Shown: positions 1 to 10,006, counted from the stretch's first letter. The stretch is DNA of 64,000 nucleotides from Gemmatimonadota bacterium (GCA_039589295.1 JBDHHR010000002.1:18442-82441); one strand, 5' to 3'. Notes: generated by a model from the letters alone, not told the origin. Made by a program: numbers and translations.

Positions 1-969
1 CGCATCATGCGGGGGACGGGGGTGCCCGGACTGGCCGGAATCCCTGTCCGCCGGGGTCGAATCGTGCGTCCGCTGCTTCCCTTCGCTCGGGCCGAGATCC
101 TTCGGTATCTGGAGGAACGGGAGATTCCCTTCCTCGACGATGCCTCGAACGCCGACCCCCGGTGGGCACGCAGCCGGATCCGTTTCCGGGTGCTGCCGGC
201 CCTGGAGGCAACGTGCGGCCCCGACTTTCGGGGACGGCTGCTGGCCCTCTCGGCCGCCGCGGGTAATGCCGGCCGTCTCCTGGAATGCATCGCCGGGCAC
301 GCCGAGTCGGAGGCGCTCCTCTCCTGCCGGCCCGCAACCGGGGACCGGACGCACGACTTCGACCGGCGTAAGCTCCTCAGGTGGAGTACGGAGATCAGGG
401 CGCTCGTCCTCCGGCGTGCGGCCCGGAGGCTGGGCGTTTCCCTGACGAGAGGAGGAACCCGTGCCGGGGTGGAGTTTATCAGTCGGGGCCGAAGCGGAGC
501 CGGCGTGAGTCTGGGCGGTGGACTGGAGCTGAGACGGGAGTACGACCTTCTCACGCTGCTGAGGGAGATGCCTGGCGAGGGAGCCGACCTGGAAGTGTCG
601 ATCCCGGAACCGGCGGCGGGAGTGGGCTCGCTGACACTGGCCGGGAAGAGTTATCGGGTAAGGTGGCGCCCCGACGGCGTGGCCGACACAAGTGGCGACC
701 GCATTGCCGTTCGTATCGCACGAGGGCATTATCCGATGAGGCTGCGGGGCTGGCGTCCAGGTGACCGGATCAGGCTCCGTCAGGGCTCGCGAAAGCTCAA
801 GAAGCTGTTCGGCGACCTCCGCATCCCGCGAAGCGAGCGCGGGCAGATCGCAGTGCTCGTGGACTGTCTGGGTAGGGTATTGTGGGTGGCGGGCGTAGCC
901 GTCGGCGTTCCTCCGGGTAACGTCAAGATTGAGGAACCCGTTCTGCATATCGAACTGAGCGATGGGTGA
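1..969 (+). CDS. tilS: tRNA(Ile)-lysidine synthetase, 5'-truncated at the window edge (C-terminal part only)
   Basis: ORF 7..969 is in frame with position 1. The C-terminal TilS substrate-binding region is followed by hpt, the conserved tilS-hpt-ftsH order. Confidence 0.8.
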   Translation, partial: RIMRGTGVPGLAGIPVRRGRIVRPLLPFARAEILRYLEEREIPFLDDASNADPRWARSRIRFRVLPALEATCGPDFRGRLLALSAAAGNAGRLLECIAGHAESEALLSCRPATGDRTHDFDRRKLLRWSTEIRALVLRRAARRLGVSLTRGGTRAGVEFISRGRSGAGVSLGGGLELRREYDLLTLLREMPGEGADLEVSIPEPAAGVGSLTLAGKSYRVRWRPDGVADTSGDRIAVRIARGHYPMRLRGWRPGDRIRLRQGSRKLKKLFGDLRIPRSERGQIAVLVDCLGRVLWVAGVAVGVPPGNVKIEEPVLHIELSDG

Positions 970-1546
970 AGATTTGCTTGCCGGAGCGCCGTTTCTGACC
1001 GAGGACGGTATCCGTGCCCGTACAGGGGGACGCGAGCTCAAGCGCGTCGTGTATCCGGCGGATGTCATCCAGCAGAGGGTTCGGGAGATGGCGGCCGAAA
1101 TCAACGGTCACTACGCGTTCGACGCACACTTGCTCGTTCTCGGGCTCCTGAAAGGCTCGTTCATCTTCCTGAGCGATCTGGTTCGCCACATCGACCATCC
1201 GTTGCACGTTGACTTCATAGTCGTCTCCAGCTACGGAACCGGGACTGCCACTTCAGGGGACGTCAAGCTCCTTTACAACCCCACGGCCCCCATCGAGGGG
1301 CGGCACGTCATCCTGGTGGAAGACATAGTGGACAGCGGAAACACGATCAATCGACTCGCCGGGGCGCTGGCCAAGAGTCGTCCGGCGTCGCTCGAGCTGT
1401 GCGCTCTCCTGCACAAGAACATCGCTCCCGAGCTGATCCTTGAACCACGCTGGGTCGGCTTCGATGCGCCGGCCGAGTTCCTCGTGGGCTACGGCCTTGA
1501 TCACGCAGAGGACTTCCGCCATCTGCCGTTCGTCGCAAGCATCTGA
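962..1546 (+). CDS. hpt: hypoxanthine-guanine phosphoribosyltransferase
   Basis: 194 aa with the PRTase motif VILVEDIVDSGNT. It overlaps the tilS stop by 8 nt and sits upstream of ftsH. Confidence 0.9.
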   Translation: MGEDLLAGAPFLTEDGIRARTGGRELKRVVYPADVIQQRVREMAAEINGHYAFDAHLLVLGLLKGSFIFLSDLVRHIDHPLHVDFIVVSSYGTGTATSGDVKLLYNPTAPIEGRHVILVEDIVDSGNTINRLAGALAKSRPASLELCALLHKNIAPELILEPRWVGFDAPAEFLVGYGLDHAEDFRHLPFVASI

Positions 1547-1594
1547 GGCTTTGGACGGCGACGGAAGGGAAGTAAGGGACCTTAAAGGGCGGCC

Positions 1595-3580
1595 ATGACG
1601 CAGCCAGAGAAAGACCGGGGGAATCAGAAAGCGACCCGTTTCCTGCGGACGGCGTCTTTCTGGGCGCTCATCATCCTGATTCCTCTGGCCATCTACCAGA
1701 TGATGGAGGCCGGTCGCCAGGTAGAAAAAGAACTGTCGTACAGCGAGTTCCGGGGGCAGCTGGCGGCCGACAACATTCTTCGGGTCACCTTCTCCGAGAC
1801 CCGCAAAGTGGAAGGCGAGCTGAAGACGCCGCTGCAGGAGCGAGGTGCGTCGGTCACCCGATTCCGGACCCTGTTGCCGATGGAGGCCAGCCAGGAACTG
1901 CTGGACCAGCTGGAGGAGGCCGGCGTCGAGACCGAGGCGAAGGAGTCGGGGGCGAACTGGGTCAACTACCTGATCTCCATCCTTCCCTGGATACTCATAA
2001 TCGGGCTGTGGTTCTTCTTCTTTCGCCAGATGCAGGCTGGTGGATCGCGCGCCTTCAGCTTCGGAAAGTCCCGCGCCAAACTGCTCACGGGCGATACGCC
2101 AAAGGTCACTTTCGCAGATGTGGCAGGGGCAGAAGAGGCCAAGGAGGATCTGGAGGAGATCATCGAGTTCCTCAAGGATCCTGCCAAGTTCCGACGCCTC
2201 GGCGGACGCCTTCCCAAGGGTGCCTTGCTGGTCGGGGCACCGGGCACCGGCAAGACGCTCCTGGCGAGGGCCGTCGCAGGTGAGGCTGGCCGGCCGTTCT
2301 TCTCGATGAGCGGATCGGACTTCGTGGAGATGTTCGTCGGAGTCGGCGCGAGCCGGGTCCGAGATCTCTTCGAGCAGGGCAAGGAGCACGCTCCGTGCAT
2401 CATCTTCATCGACGAGATCGATGCCGTAGGAAGGCACCGGGGGGCGGGTCTCGGCGGCGGTCACGACGAGCGCGAGCAGACGCTGAACCAGCTCCTCGTG
2501 GAGATGGACGGTTTCGAGTCCAACGAAGGGGTAATCCTGCTCGCCGCGACGAACCGCCCCGATGTGCTGGACCCTGCGCTCCTTCGCCCCGGGCGGTTCG
2601 ATCGGCAGATCGTAGTGGACAGCCCGGATATCAACGGCCGCGAAGGCATCCTGCGCGTGCACACGAAGGAGATCCCTCTGGCGGACGATGTCTCGCTCAA
2701 GGTTCTTGCCAAAGGCACCCCCGGCCTGTCCGGGGCAGACCTGGAGAACATCGTCAACGAAGCGGCGCTGCTTGCCGCCCGGCTCGACAAAGACCGCGTG
2801 TATATGGAAGATTTCGAGGCCGCCAAGGACAAAGTGATGCTGGGGGCCGAGCGGAAGAGCCTGGTGATCTCGGAGGAGGAGCGGCGGGTTACGGCGTTCC
2901 ACGAGGCGGGCCATGCAGTCATCGCCTTGCGGGTGCCGGGCCTGGATCCGCTGCACAAGGTCACTATCGTCCCGCGCGGTCGAGCGTTGGGGCTCACAGC
3001 GTCCCTGCCGGAGGAAGATCGTCACAACTATACCAAGGAGTGGCTGGAGGGTCAGCTTACGATGCTGTTCGGCGGCCGGGTCGCCGAAGTGCTCGTCTTC
3101 GGGGAGAAGAAGATCACGACTGGAGCCGGAAACGACATCGAGCGGGCAACAGACATCGGCCGCCGCATGGTGACGCAGTTCGGGATGTCGGAGGCGCTGG
3201 GCCCCGTGGCGGTGGGCGAGCAGGAGCATGAGATCTTCCTCGGCCGCGAGCTGAGCCAGCGTCGAGATGTCAGCCAGAGAACTGCGGAGCTGGTCGACAA
3301 CGAGATCAAACGCATCCTCGACGCGGCGTACGGAGAAGCAGAACGGGCGTTGACGGAGAACCGGGCCCTGCTGGACGACATAGCCAACTCGCTCCTCGAG
3401 CGCGAGACTCTGGACGCCGACGAGCTCAAGTTGCTGGAGAAGGGGGAGAAGCTGCCGCCACTGGCCTCCTCCGATGAGGAGCCGGGCCCCGCGCTTCCCG
3501 CGAAGGAGGCGGACCGTCCGGCATCAGAGGAATCGCCGCTCGAAGGCGCAGGCGGCGAACCCTCGCCGGCCCTGGCCTGA
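1595..3580 (+). CDS. ftsH: ATP-dependent zinc metalloprotease FtsH
   Basis: 661 aa with N-terminal TM helices, Walker A GAPGTGKT, the AAA second region of homology, and the HEAGHA zinc motif. The C-terminal tail is Pro/Glu/Ala-rich. Confidence 0.95.
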   Translation: MTQPEKDRGNQKATRFLRTASFWALIILIPLAIYQMMEAGRQVEKELSYSEFRGQLAADNILRVTFSETRKVEGELKTPLQERGASVTRFRTLLPMEASQELLDQLEEAGVETEAKESGANWVNYLISILPWILIIGLWFFFFRQMQAGGSRAFSFGKSRAKLLTGDTPKVTFADVAGAEEAKEDLEEIIEFLKDPAKFRRLGGRLPKGALLVGAPGTGKTLLARAVAGEAGRPFFSMSGSDFVEMFVGVGASRVRDLFEQGKEHAPCIIFIDEIDAVGRHRGAGLGGGHDEREQTLNQLLVEMDGFESNEGVILLAATNRPDVLDPALLRPGRFDRQIVVDSPDINGREGILRVHTKEIPLADDVSLKVLAKGTPGLSGADLENIVNEAALLAARLDKDRVYMEDFEAAKDKVMLGAERKSLVISEEERRVTAFHEAGHAVIALRVPGLDPLHKVTIVPRGRALGLTASLPEEDRHNYTKEWLEGQLTMLFGGRVAEVLVFGEKKITTGAGNDIERATDIGRRMVTQFGMSEALGPVAVGEQEHEIFLGRELSQRRDVSQRTAELVDNEIKRILDAAYGEAERALTENRALLDDIANSLLERETLDADELKLLEKGEKLPPLASSDEEPGPALPAKEADRPASEESPLEGAGGEPSPALA

Positions 3581-3600
3581 ACCGAGGCTGCGCGTCCCAG

Positions 3601-4470
3601 GTGGAGAGATGCCTGGCTCCATGGGCACATCGAGGCGGCGGAACCTCGCTGGAGCGTCCGGTCATTCTGGGTATCCTCAACGTAACGCCCGACTCGTTCT
3701 CCGACGGCGGACGGTATTCCACAGTGAAGACCGCGGTTGAGCGAGCGGCGGAGATGATGGACGAGGGGGCCGACCTGATAGACGTGGGCGGGGAGTCCAC
3801 GCGTCCCGATGCTGAGCCGGTGCCCTGGGCCGAAGAGTGGGAACGTGTCGGACCGGTCATTGAAAGGCTGGCCCAACGCTCGATCCCGGTGTCCGTCGAC
3901 ACGACCAAGCTGAATGTGGCGCGCCGGGCGCTCGATGTTGGAGCCGTGGCCGTCAACGACGTATCCGGCCTTCGCTTCGAGCCCGAGATCGCAGACCTCG
4001 TCGCCGAGATGGGGGCGGGCCTGGTCATCATGCACATGCGGGGAGACCCGCGGACGATGCAGGATGACGTTGCCTACGGCGACCTGGTCGGCGAGGTAAG
4101 GGATTTCCTGGCCGGGCAGATAGAGAAGGCGCTACGCAGGGGGTGCCGGCGTGATCAGCTCGTCATCGATCCCGGCCTGGGGTTCGGCAAGTCGGCGGAG
4201 GGGAACTTGGAGCTCATCGCCCGACTGGGGACCTTCACGGAACTCGGCCAACCGGTTCTGGTAGGGCCGTCGCGCAAGTCGTTCATCGGGAAAGCGCTGG
4301 ATCTCCCGATGGAGCAGCGGCTCGAGGGGACGCTGGCGGCATGCCTGACGGCGCTGGAGAGGGGTGCGCGTCTTTTCCGCGTCCACGACGTCGGCCCGGC
4401 CAGGCGCGCGCTGGACATGGCGGATGCGATCAGGAACGCGGCGCGCCGTTCTGCTGCCCCAGTCTTCTGA
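3601..4470 (+). CDS. folP: dihydropteroate synthase
   Basis: ILGILNVTPDSFSDGG and the downstream DHPS pterin-binding motifs. The start is GTG/alternative and uncertain; 3601 is the ORF-track start. Confidence 0.85.
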   Translation: MERCLAPWAHRGGGTSLERPVILGILNVTPDSFSDGGRYSTVKTAVERAAEMMDEGADLIDVGGESTRPDAEPVPWAEEWERVGPVIERLAQRSIPVSVDTTKLNVARRALDVGAVAVNDVSGLRFEPEIADLVAEMGAGLVIMHMRGDPRTMQDDVAYGDLVGEVRDFLAGQIEKALRRGCRRDQLVIDPGLGFGKSAEGNLELIARLGTFTELGQPVLVGPSRKSFIGKALDLPMEQRLEGTLAACLTALERGARLFRVHDVGPARRALDMADAIRNAARRSAAPVF

Positions 4471-4482
4471 GCATGGAGTGGA

Positions 4483-5352
4483 ATGCAGGCCATACTTGAC
4501 TACGTGAGCTTGCTGGGCTTCGACTGGAAGGATCTGGTCGAGATCCTAGTGGTCGGCTACCTGGTGTACAGGATCCTCCTGATTTACACAGGCACCCGAG
4601 CTTTCCAGGTACTCATCGGCCTGGTGCTCCTGATCTCCGTCTATGCCCTGGCGCAAGCGCTCGAGCTTCGACTCATCCCGTACATCCTCTCGACCGTGTT
4701 CACCTACGGCGCGTTCGCCCTCATCGTTATCTTCCAGCCGGAACTGCGAGCGGGCCTGGCGCGGCTCGGAAGGAATCGGCTCTTCCAGATCTTCGCCCGG
4801 CTCGAGCGGAAGGAGGTCGTCGAGGAAATCGTCCGGGCGACCGACCGACTGGCCAAGGCCAAGATCGGCGGCATCATCGCCGTGGAGCGACAGGTGGATC
4901 TGGTCAACCACGTGGACCATGGCATCCCCATCAACGCCCAGCTGACTTCGGAGCTTCTCACCACGATATTCACGCCGTACTCGCCTCTGCACGACGGTGC
5001 GGTGATCGTAAAACGTGATCAGATCGCCTACGCGGGCTCGGTGATTCTGCGCCTTTCCGAGTCCCCCGCCCTGGACCGGACACTCGGGACCCGGCACCGG
5101 GCGGCCCTGGGCCTGTCGGAAGAGACCGACGCTCTAGTCGTCCTGGTGTCGGAAGAAACGGGTCAGATCTCCCTGGCCCATCGGGGGCAGCTATTCCGGG
5201 GACTCCGACCAGACCAGCTGAAAGCACGCCTGGAGGCGGGTGGCGACGACGAGGCTCTCCTGGCGGAGGGTGACTCCGGACAGGTCACCCTGGGGGGCGA
5301 AGCGCTGGAGCGATCGGGGATGGTCACCGCCGGAAGCGAGGCCCGGCGTTGA
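4483..5352 (+). CDS. cdaA: membrane-bound diadenylate cyclase CdaA (DisA_N/DAC domain)
   Basis: Three N-terminal TM helices followed by a DAC domain (KIGGIIAVERQ..., HDGAVIVK, RHRAALGLSEETDALVVLVSEETG) and a ~60-aa C-terminal tail. Confidence 0.9.
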   Translation: MQAILDYVSLLGFDWKDLVEILVVGYLVYRILLIYTGTRAFQVLIGLVLLISVYALAQALELRLIPYILSTVFTYGAFALIVIFQPELRAGLARLGRNRLFQIFARLERKEVVEEIVRATDRLAKAKIGGIIAVERQVDLVNHVDHGIPINAQLTSELLTTIFTPYSPLHDGAVIVKRDQIAYAGSVILRLSESPALDRTLGTRHRAALGLSEETDALVVLVSEETGQISLAHRGQLFRGLRPDQLKARLEAGGDDEALLAEGDSGQVTLGGEALERSGMVTAGSEARR

Positions 5353-5386
5353 CTTCGTTGACGCATCCGCGGGTCAGGCGTAGAAT
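5349..5386 (+). promoter_or_regulatory. sigma70-like promoter for the exbB-exbD-exbD-tonB operon
   Basis: -35 TTGACG (5358-5363), a 17-nt spacer and -10 TAGAAT (5381-5386). A second TTGACT lies 9 nt upstream. Confidence 0.65.
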
Positions 5387-5442
5387 CAACGGGCTTGAGG
5401 CAGCGTAGCCCAACTGCTACTGGGTCACAGGGAGATGGCCGG

Positions 5443-6093
5443 GTGCAAGACACCAGTTACGAACTGCTGACGATCTTCCGAGACGGGGGTTTCATGATGA
5501 TCCCCCTCGTCCTGTGCTCGCTGGTTGCGCTCGGGGTCATCATCGCCAAAGCCTGGACTCTGTTCGTGGCCCACCGCGATTCCCAGAGGCTGCTCGAAGT
5601 GATGGAAGAGCTGGGCGCCAGGGGCCGCATAGATGAGGCCATCCAGAAGGCGCGAGAGACCCGCGGCCCCGTGGCCGCGATCCTGCTGTCGGGCCTCCAG
5701 CGTTTGCAGGAGAGGCACACGGGTAAGGATATCAGGAAGGCGATCTCCACCACCGGAACGATAGAGCTCGATTTCCTGGAACGGGGCATGGTGGTTCTGG
5801 CCACTATAGCCAACGTCGCGCCGATGCTGGGGTTCCTCGGCACCGTCATCGGCATGATCTCGGCTTTCGCGGCCATCGAGGCCGCTGGCCAGGTCGAGCC
5901 GGCACTGGTTGCCTCGGGAATTAAGGTTGCCCTTATCACCACGGCCGCCGGGCTCACCATCGCGATCCCGGTCAACGTCTTCTACAACTGGTTCGTGAGT
6001 CGGATCGACACGCTGATAACAGATATGGAGAAGGGGGCCGTGGCGGTCCTCGATCTGATCTGGCAGGCGGAGGGTGGCGCCGGGAACGCGTAG
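5443..6093 (+). CDS. exbB: MotA/TolQ/ExbB proton-channel protein
   Basis: Three-TM MotA/TolQ/ExbB architecture. I prefer a GTG start at ~5443 with an AGGGAG RBS 8 nt upstream. The ORF-track start 5395 is TTG. Confidence 0.85.
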   Translation: MQDTSYELLTIFRDGGFMMIPLVLCSLVALGVIIAKAWTLFVAHRDSQRLLEVMEELGARGRIDEAIQKARETRGPVAAILLSGLQRLQERHTGKDIRKAISTTGTIELDFLERGMVVLATIANVAPMLGFLGTVIGMISAFAAIEAAGQVEPALVASGIKVALITTAAGLTIAIPVNVFYNWFVSRIDTLITDMEKGAVAVLDLIWQAEGGAGNA

Positions 6094-6173
6094 GCGGAAG
6101 CGACGGCACCGCGTCGACACTGGCAGGACGCGCGTCGTAGCAGGCGCGCCCGCAACACAGAGGTGCTCAGACC

Positions 6174-6596
6174 ATGCCGATTCTTCATCGTAAAGAGCGA
6201 GTCTCGGACGAGATTCCCACTGCCTCGATGGCGGACATCGCGTTCCTTCTTCTCATCTTCTTCCTGACCACAACCGTGTTCAATGAGGAAAAGGGACTGC
6301 CCATAGTGCTGCCCGAGCAGGCGGCGGAGCAGGAAGTATCGGCCAAGAACCTCATCTTCTTCATCGTGCGGTCGGATGGGACGGTGGTGGTCAGGCGAGG
6401 CGAGAGCGAGCAGGAGCAGGTGGTTCCGTACAGCCAGGTCGAGGTGATCCTGCGGCAGGAGCTGTTGCAGAACCCGAATCTGATCGCGGCCATAAAGACG
6501 GATCCCAATGCGGCGTATCGACATATGATCAACGTGCTGGATGAGGTGAAGCTGTCGGGTGCCGAGCGGATCTCGTTGCAGATGCTCGAGGAGTAG
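6174..6596 (+). CDS. exbD: biopolymer transport protein ExbD/TolR (paralog 1)
   Basis: 140 aa with the N-terminal motif EIPTASMADIAFLLLIFFL, a single TM helix and a periplasmic domain. Confidence 0.9.
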   Translation: MPILHRKERVSDEIPTASMADIAFLLLIFFLTTTVFNEEKGLPIVLPEQAAEQEVSAKNLIFFIVRSDGTVVVRRGESEQEQVVPYSQVEVILRQELLQNPNLIAAIKTDPNAAYRHMINVLDEVKLSGAERISLQMLEE

Positions 6597-6598
6597 GC

Positions 6599-7042
6599 AT
6601 GGCGAAGAGGGCGGGTTTCAAGCGGAAGTCGGGGGCGAGCAGCGAGATCCCGTCGTCCTCCATGGCGGATATCGCCTTCCTGCTGCTGATCTTCTTCATG
6701 GTCTCGACGGTCTTTCGCAAGGAGAAGAACCGTCCCATCGACTGGACCACGGCGGAGTCCACGGAGAAGATCGACGAGAAGCGCAAGAATATCCTGCACG
6801 TCTGGGTCGATGCCGACGGCACGGTCTACATCAACGACCAGATCGTTCCTTACGAGAACATCGGCGACCTGATCCGACCCATCTACGCGGAGAATCGGGA
6901 GCTGGTGGTGGCGATTCGAGGAGATCGTGATGTCCCGTACAGCGACATCAACACGATCACCGAGCAGCTCCAGGCTGCGGGGGCCGTGCGCGTGACGTTT
7001 GCAACGCGTGTCGAGCAGCGAGTGCAGCGGGCAAGGAGGTAA
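6599..7042 (+). CDS. exbD: biopolymer transport protein ExbD/TolR (paralog 2)
   Basis: 147 aa with EIPSSSMADIAFLLLIFFM. It is a tandem paralog of the preceding gene. Confidence 0.9.
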   Translation: MAKRAGFKRKSGASSEIPSSSMADIAFLLLIFFMVSTVFRKEKNRPIDWTTAESTEKIDEKRKNILHVWVDADGTVYINDQIVPYENIGDLIRPIYAENRELVVAIRGDRDVPYSDINTITEQLQAAGAVRVTFATRVEQRVQRARR

Positions 7043-7047
7043 GCTCA

Positions 7048-7749
7048 ATGGGCTTCAGGGACGAGCTGAGGGAGGAACGACAGTCGCGGAAGATAGGCGC
7101 CGCGACATGGATGACGGCGAACGATCGCTTCAAGCGATCGTACACGACTCTGATGTACATCAGCGTCTTGGCCGCGACCTTCCTGCACTTCGCCCTCTTC
7201 GAGTGGTTCCCGCAGCTGCAGGCGGCGGACCTCGGCGTGGTAGGGGAAGAGCTCGCAGCCATCGAGCTGCCGCCCGAGGTCAAGATCCCGCCGCCACCCG
7301 AACAGATCGCGCGACCCGCGACGCCACGGGTAGCAGCGGCCGCGGTCGACGAGGACATCACGATCGCGCCGACTACCTTCGAGGACAACCCGGTGGAGAA
7401 TCTGCCGCCGCCGCCGGCGGGAGCAGCGCCCTCCGATATGCCGTCGTACATCCCGCGCGATGTGGAGCCACGGTTGAGAAACGGCCGCGAAATCCAGCGG
7501 CTCCTGCAACGGCTCTACCCATCGATGCTGCGTGAGGCGGGGATCGGCGGGCGCGTCCTGTTGTGGGTCTTCGTCGATGAGGCTGGGGAGGCCATGAAGC
7601 ACCAGATCCACACGTCGAGCGGATATCCGGCTCTCGACAACGCGGCGGAGCAGATAGTGGAGCAGATGGAGTTCTCGCCGGCGATGAACCGCGACAAGCC
7701 GGTAGGGGTGTGGATCGCGCAGCCCATCGACTTCAGCGTGACGGGCTGA
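7048..7749 (+). CDS. tonB: energy transducer TonB
   Basis: N-terminal TM helix, a Pro-rich spacer (PPEVKIPPPPEQIARPATP ... PPPPAGAAP) and a C-terminal TonB domain. It is the last gene of the exbB-exbD-exbD-tonB operon. Confidence 0.85.
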   Translation: MGFRDELREERQSRKIGAATWMTANDRFKRSYTTLMYISVLAATFLHFALFEWFPQLQAADLGVVGEELAAIELPPEVKIPPPPEQIARPATPRVAAAAVDEDITIAPTTFEDNPVENLPPPPAGAAPSDMPSYIPRDVEPRLRNGREIQRLLQRLYPSMLREAGIGGRVLLWVFVDEAGEAMKHQIHTSSGYPALDNAAEQIVEQMEFSPAMNRDKPVGVWIAQPIDFSVTG

Positions 7750-7783
7750 ACGGGAAGGCTGCGACCAAGTACAACACAGTGGG

Positions 7784-7812
7784 AGGCCCCGTCTGGCGGG
7801 GCCTTCTGCTTT
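7784..7812 (+). terminator. rho-independent terminator after tonB
   Basis: An 8-bp stem (AGGCCCCG tctgg CGGGGCCT) followed by TCTGCTTTC. Confidence 0.7.
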
Positions 7813-7879
7813 CGGGGTCTCGCCGATGGGGGGGTCGGCCGGGTAGCGATTCACAGGCGGCGCGACCTGCCTTGATCCG

Positions 7880-7908
7880 TTGCAAGTCGTGGGTCCTGCC
7901 TGTAGACT
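7880..7908 (+). promoter_or_regulatory. sigma70-like promoter for yggS-divIVA. The -10 ends 7 nt before the yggS GTG, so the transcript would be leaderless.
   Basis: -35 TTGCAA (7880-7885), a 17-nt spacer and -10 TAGACT (7903-7908). GTG at 7916. Confidence 0.55.
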
Positions 7909-7915
7909 CCCCGCC

Positions 7916-8620
7916 GTGAACGCCACTGCACTGAGCGCCAGACTCGAGGCCGTTCTTGAGCGCGTGTCCCGAGCCGCTGACCGGTCGGGGCGGTGGCCCG
8001 GGGCGGTGAGGATACTGCCGATTACCAAAGGTCACCCGCCGGAGATGCTCCACCTGGTGGCGGAGGCGGGCTTCGAAGCGATCGGGGAGAACCGGGTCGG
8101 AGAGGCGGAAGAGAAGCGCACGCATGCCGGCAAGCTCGACCTGCGCTGGCACATGGTTGGGCATGTGCAGCGCAACAAGGCCGTCAGAGCGCTGCGAACC
8201 TTCGACGCCATCGACTCGGTCGATTCCTTCCGCCTTGGGTTGAAGCTGTCCGCTGAGATCGCGCGCGCTGGACGGGAGGTTCTCCCGGTTCTGGTGCAGG
8301 TCAACGCGTCCGGTGAGGCTACCAAGGAAGGCTTCGCCATGGAGGAGGCCGTGCAGGAGATGGACCGCATATGCTCGCTGCCCGGACTGGAGGTCAGAGG
8401 ACTGATGACCATGGCGCCGTACACCTCCGATGAGGAGATCCTCCGACATGTCTTCCGGCACACCCGGGAATGTCTCCAGCGTTGCCGGGATGAAGTAGCC
8501 GGCTTCGAGGGGCGGACACTCTCGATGGGAATGAGCAACGACTTCGAGATCGCCGTGGAAGAGGGCAGCACGGAGATCAGGCTCGGGACAATCTTGCTCG
8601 GGGAGAGACCGAGGGGCTGA
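7916..8620 (+). CDS. yggS: YggS/YlmE-family PLP-binding homeostasis protein
   Basis: ILPITKG..., FGENRVGE and HMVGHVQRNK motifs of the YggS family. A GTG start at ~7916 gives an N-terminus that aligns with YggS. The ORF-track 7880 TTG lies inside the promoter -35. Confidence 0.85.
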   Translation: MNATALSARLEAVLERVSRAADRSGRWPGAVRILPITKGHPPEMLHLVAEAGFEAIGENRVGEAEEKRTHAGKLDLRWHMVGHVQRNKAVRALRTFDAIDSVDSFRLGLKLSAEIARAGREVLPVLVQVNASGEATKEGFAMEEAVQEMDRICSLPGLEVRGLMTMAPYTSDEEILRHVFRHTRECLQRCRDEVAGFEGRTLSMGMSNDFEIAVEEGSTEIRLGTILLGERPRG

Positions 8621-9150
8621 TGGATCTCACACCGCTCGACATCCGCAAGAAGAAAGAGGACTTGCGACGCAGCGTCCGCGGGTACGATGTGTCTCAGGTC
8701 GACGCCTTCCTCGACCTGGTGGCCGAGAGGATGGAGAAGCTCGTCCGGATCGAGGTCCGGCTCTCTGAACAGGTGGATCTGTTGCGTGAACAACTGACAG
8801 CCTTTCAGGAGAGGGAGCGGGCTCTGAACGAGGCGCTGGTCACGGCTCAGGAGCTACGGGAGGAAGCCCGGGCTCAAGCAGAGAAAGCAGCCGACCTGAG
8901 GATCAGGGAAGCGGAACAGACGGCGGACGACGTCACGCGGCAGGCACAGACGGCGGTGGACAGCTCACGCCAGGCGCTGCGCCAGCTACGTCTACGACGG
9001 GCCGGCTTCTTACGTGCGTTGCGAGGCACTCTGGAGCGATTCCTCGACGAGGTCGGGGAGGAAGAACTGGAGTTGAAGGCCGAGGAGTCAGACCTGGATG
9101 AGATCTCGCCTTCCGGAGAGAAACCCGGGGATGAGGCGCCGGAGGAGTGA
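8620..9150 (+). CDS. divIVA: DivIVA-domain cell-division protein
   Basis: N-terminal MDLTPLDIRKKKEDLRRSVRGYDVSQVDAFLD followed by a coiled coil. The ATG overlaps the yggS stop by 1 nt. Confidence 0.85.
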   Translation: MDLTPLDIRKKKEDLRRSVRGYDVSQVDAFLDLVAERMEKLVRIEVRLSEQVDLLREQLTAFQERERALNEALVTAQELREEARAQAEKAADLRIREAEQTADDVTRQAQTAVDSSRQALRQLRLRRAGFLRALRGTLERFLDEVGEEELELKAEESDLDEISPSGEKPGDEAPEE

Positions 9151-9986
9151 GCGTGAGTCCACACCCCTCCACCGAGGAGCGAATCGCTCGCGCGGCGACC
9201 GAGGTCAGGGCCCGCTGGCCTGACCGGCCGGCGGTCGGAATCATCCTGGGGACCGGTCTCAGCAGGCTGGCGGAACACGTCGCGGATGCCAACGTCATGC
9301 CCTATGAGGAGATCCCAGGTTTCCCCACGTCCACGGTCGAGACCCACCGCGGCCGTCTAGTGGGCGGGAAACTGGACAGCGTTCCGGTGGCCATCCTTCA
9401 GGGCCGCACCCACCGGTATGAAGGGTATACGCTGGAGGAAGTGGCTTTCCCGGTGCGCGTTCTTCGGGAGCTGGGAGTCGGGACGCTGGTCGTCTCCAGC
9501 GTCAGTGGTGGACTCGATCCGCTGTGGGTCCCGGGTGATCTGGTGCTCATCTCGGATCACATCAATCTCCTCGGCGACAACCCCCTGGTCGGGCCCAACG
9601 TCGACTCGCAGGGCCCCCGATTCCCGGACATGTCCCGGGCGTACGATCCCGAGCTGCGACGCATTGCGCGGGAGGAGGCGCTGAGGCTCGGATTTACCCT
9701 CCGCGAGGGGGTGTATGTGGCCGTTCCCGGGCCGAATCTCGAGACCGCTGCCGAGTACCGCATGCTGCGTGGAATCGGAGCGGACCTGGTCGGGATGTCC
9801 ACTGTTCCCGAGGTGATCGTGGCGCGGCACACCGGGATGCGTGTGCTGGCGTTGTCGATCGTTACCGATAGCTGCCTGCCGGATGCCCTGCAGCCGGCCG
9901 ACATAGAGACGATCATCCGAACGGCGGAGAACGCGGAGCCCAGGTTGACGGACCTGGTGCGGGCCGTGCTTCCCCGTCTTCTCTGA
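9147..9986 (+). CDS. punA: purine nucleoside phosphorylase (trimeric PNP-I family)
   Basis: The GIILGTGL, VETHRGRL, AVPGPNLETAAE and LGADLVGMSTVPEVIVARH motifs. The GTG start overlaps the divIVA stop. Confidence 0.85.
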   Translation: MSVSPHPSTEERIARAATEVRARWPDRPAVGIILGTGLSRLAEHVADANVMPYEEIPGFPTSTVETHRGRLVGGKLDSVPVAILQGRTHRYEGYTLEEVAFPVRVLRELGVGTLVVSSVSGGLDPLWVPGDLVLISDHINLLGDNPLVGPNVDSQGPRFPDMSRAYDPELRRIAREEALRLGFTLREGVYVAVPGPNLETAAEYRMLRGIGADLVGMSTVPEVIVARHTGMRVLALSIVTDSCLPDALQPADIETIIRTAENAEPRLTDLVRAVLPRLL

Positions 9987-10006
9987 AGGGGTCGACACGG
10001 GCACCG

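Noticed and set aside
1253-3229. 658-aa ORF antisense to ftsH
   Set aside because: This is a high-GC artefact. The sense strand encodes an unambiguous FtsH with all its motifs, and the antisense product is low-complexity and Arg/Pro/Gly-rich.
5395-5442. An exbB start at the ORF-track position 5395, which would make the transcript leaderless
   Set aside because: The codon at 5395 is TTG with no RBS. A GTG at ~5443 preceded by AGGGAG at the right spacing gives a normal-length ExbB N-terminus.
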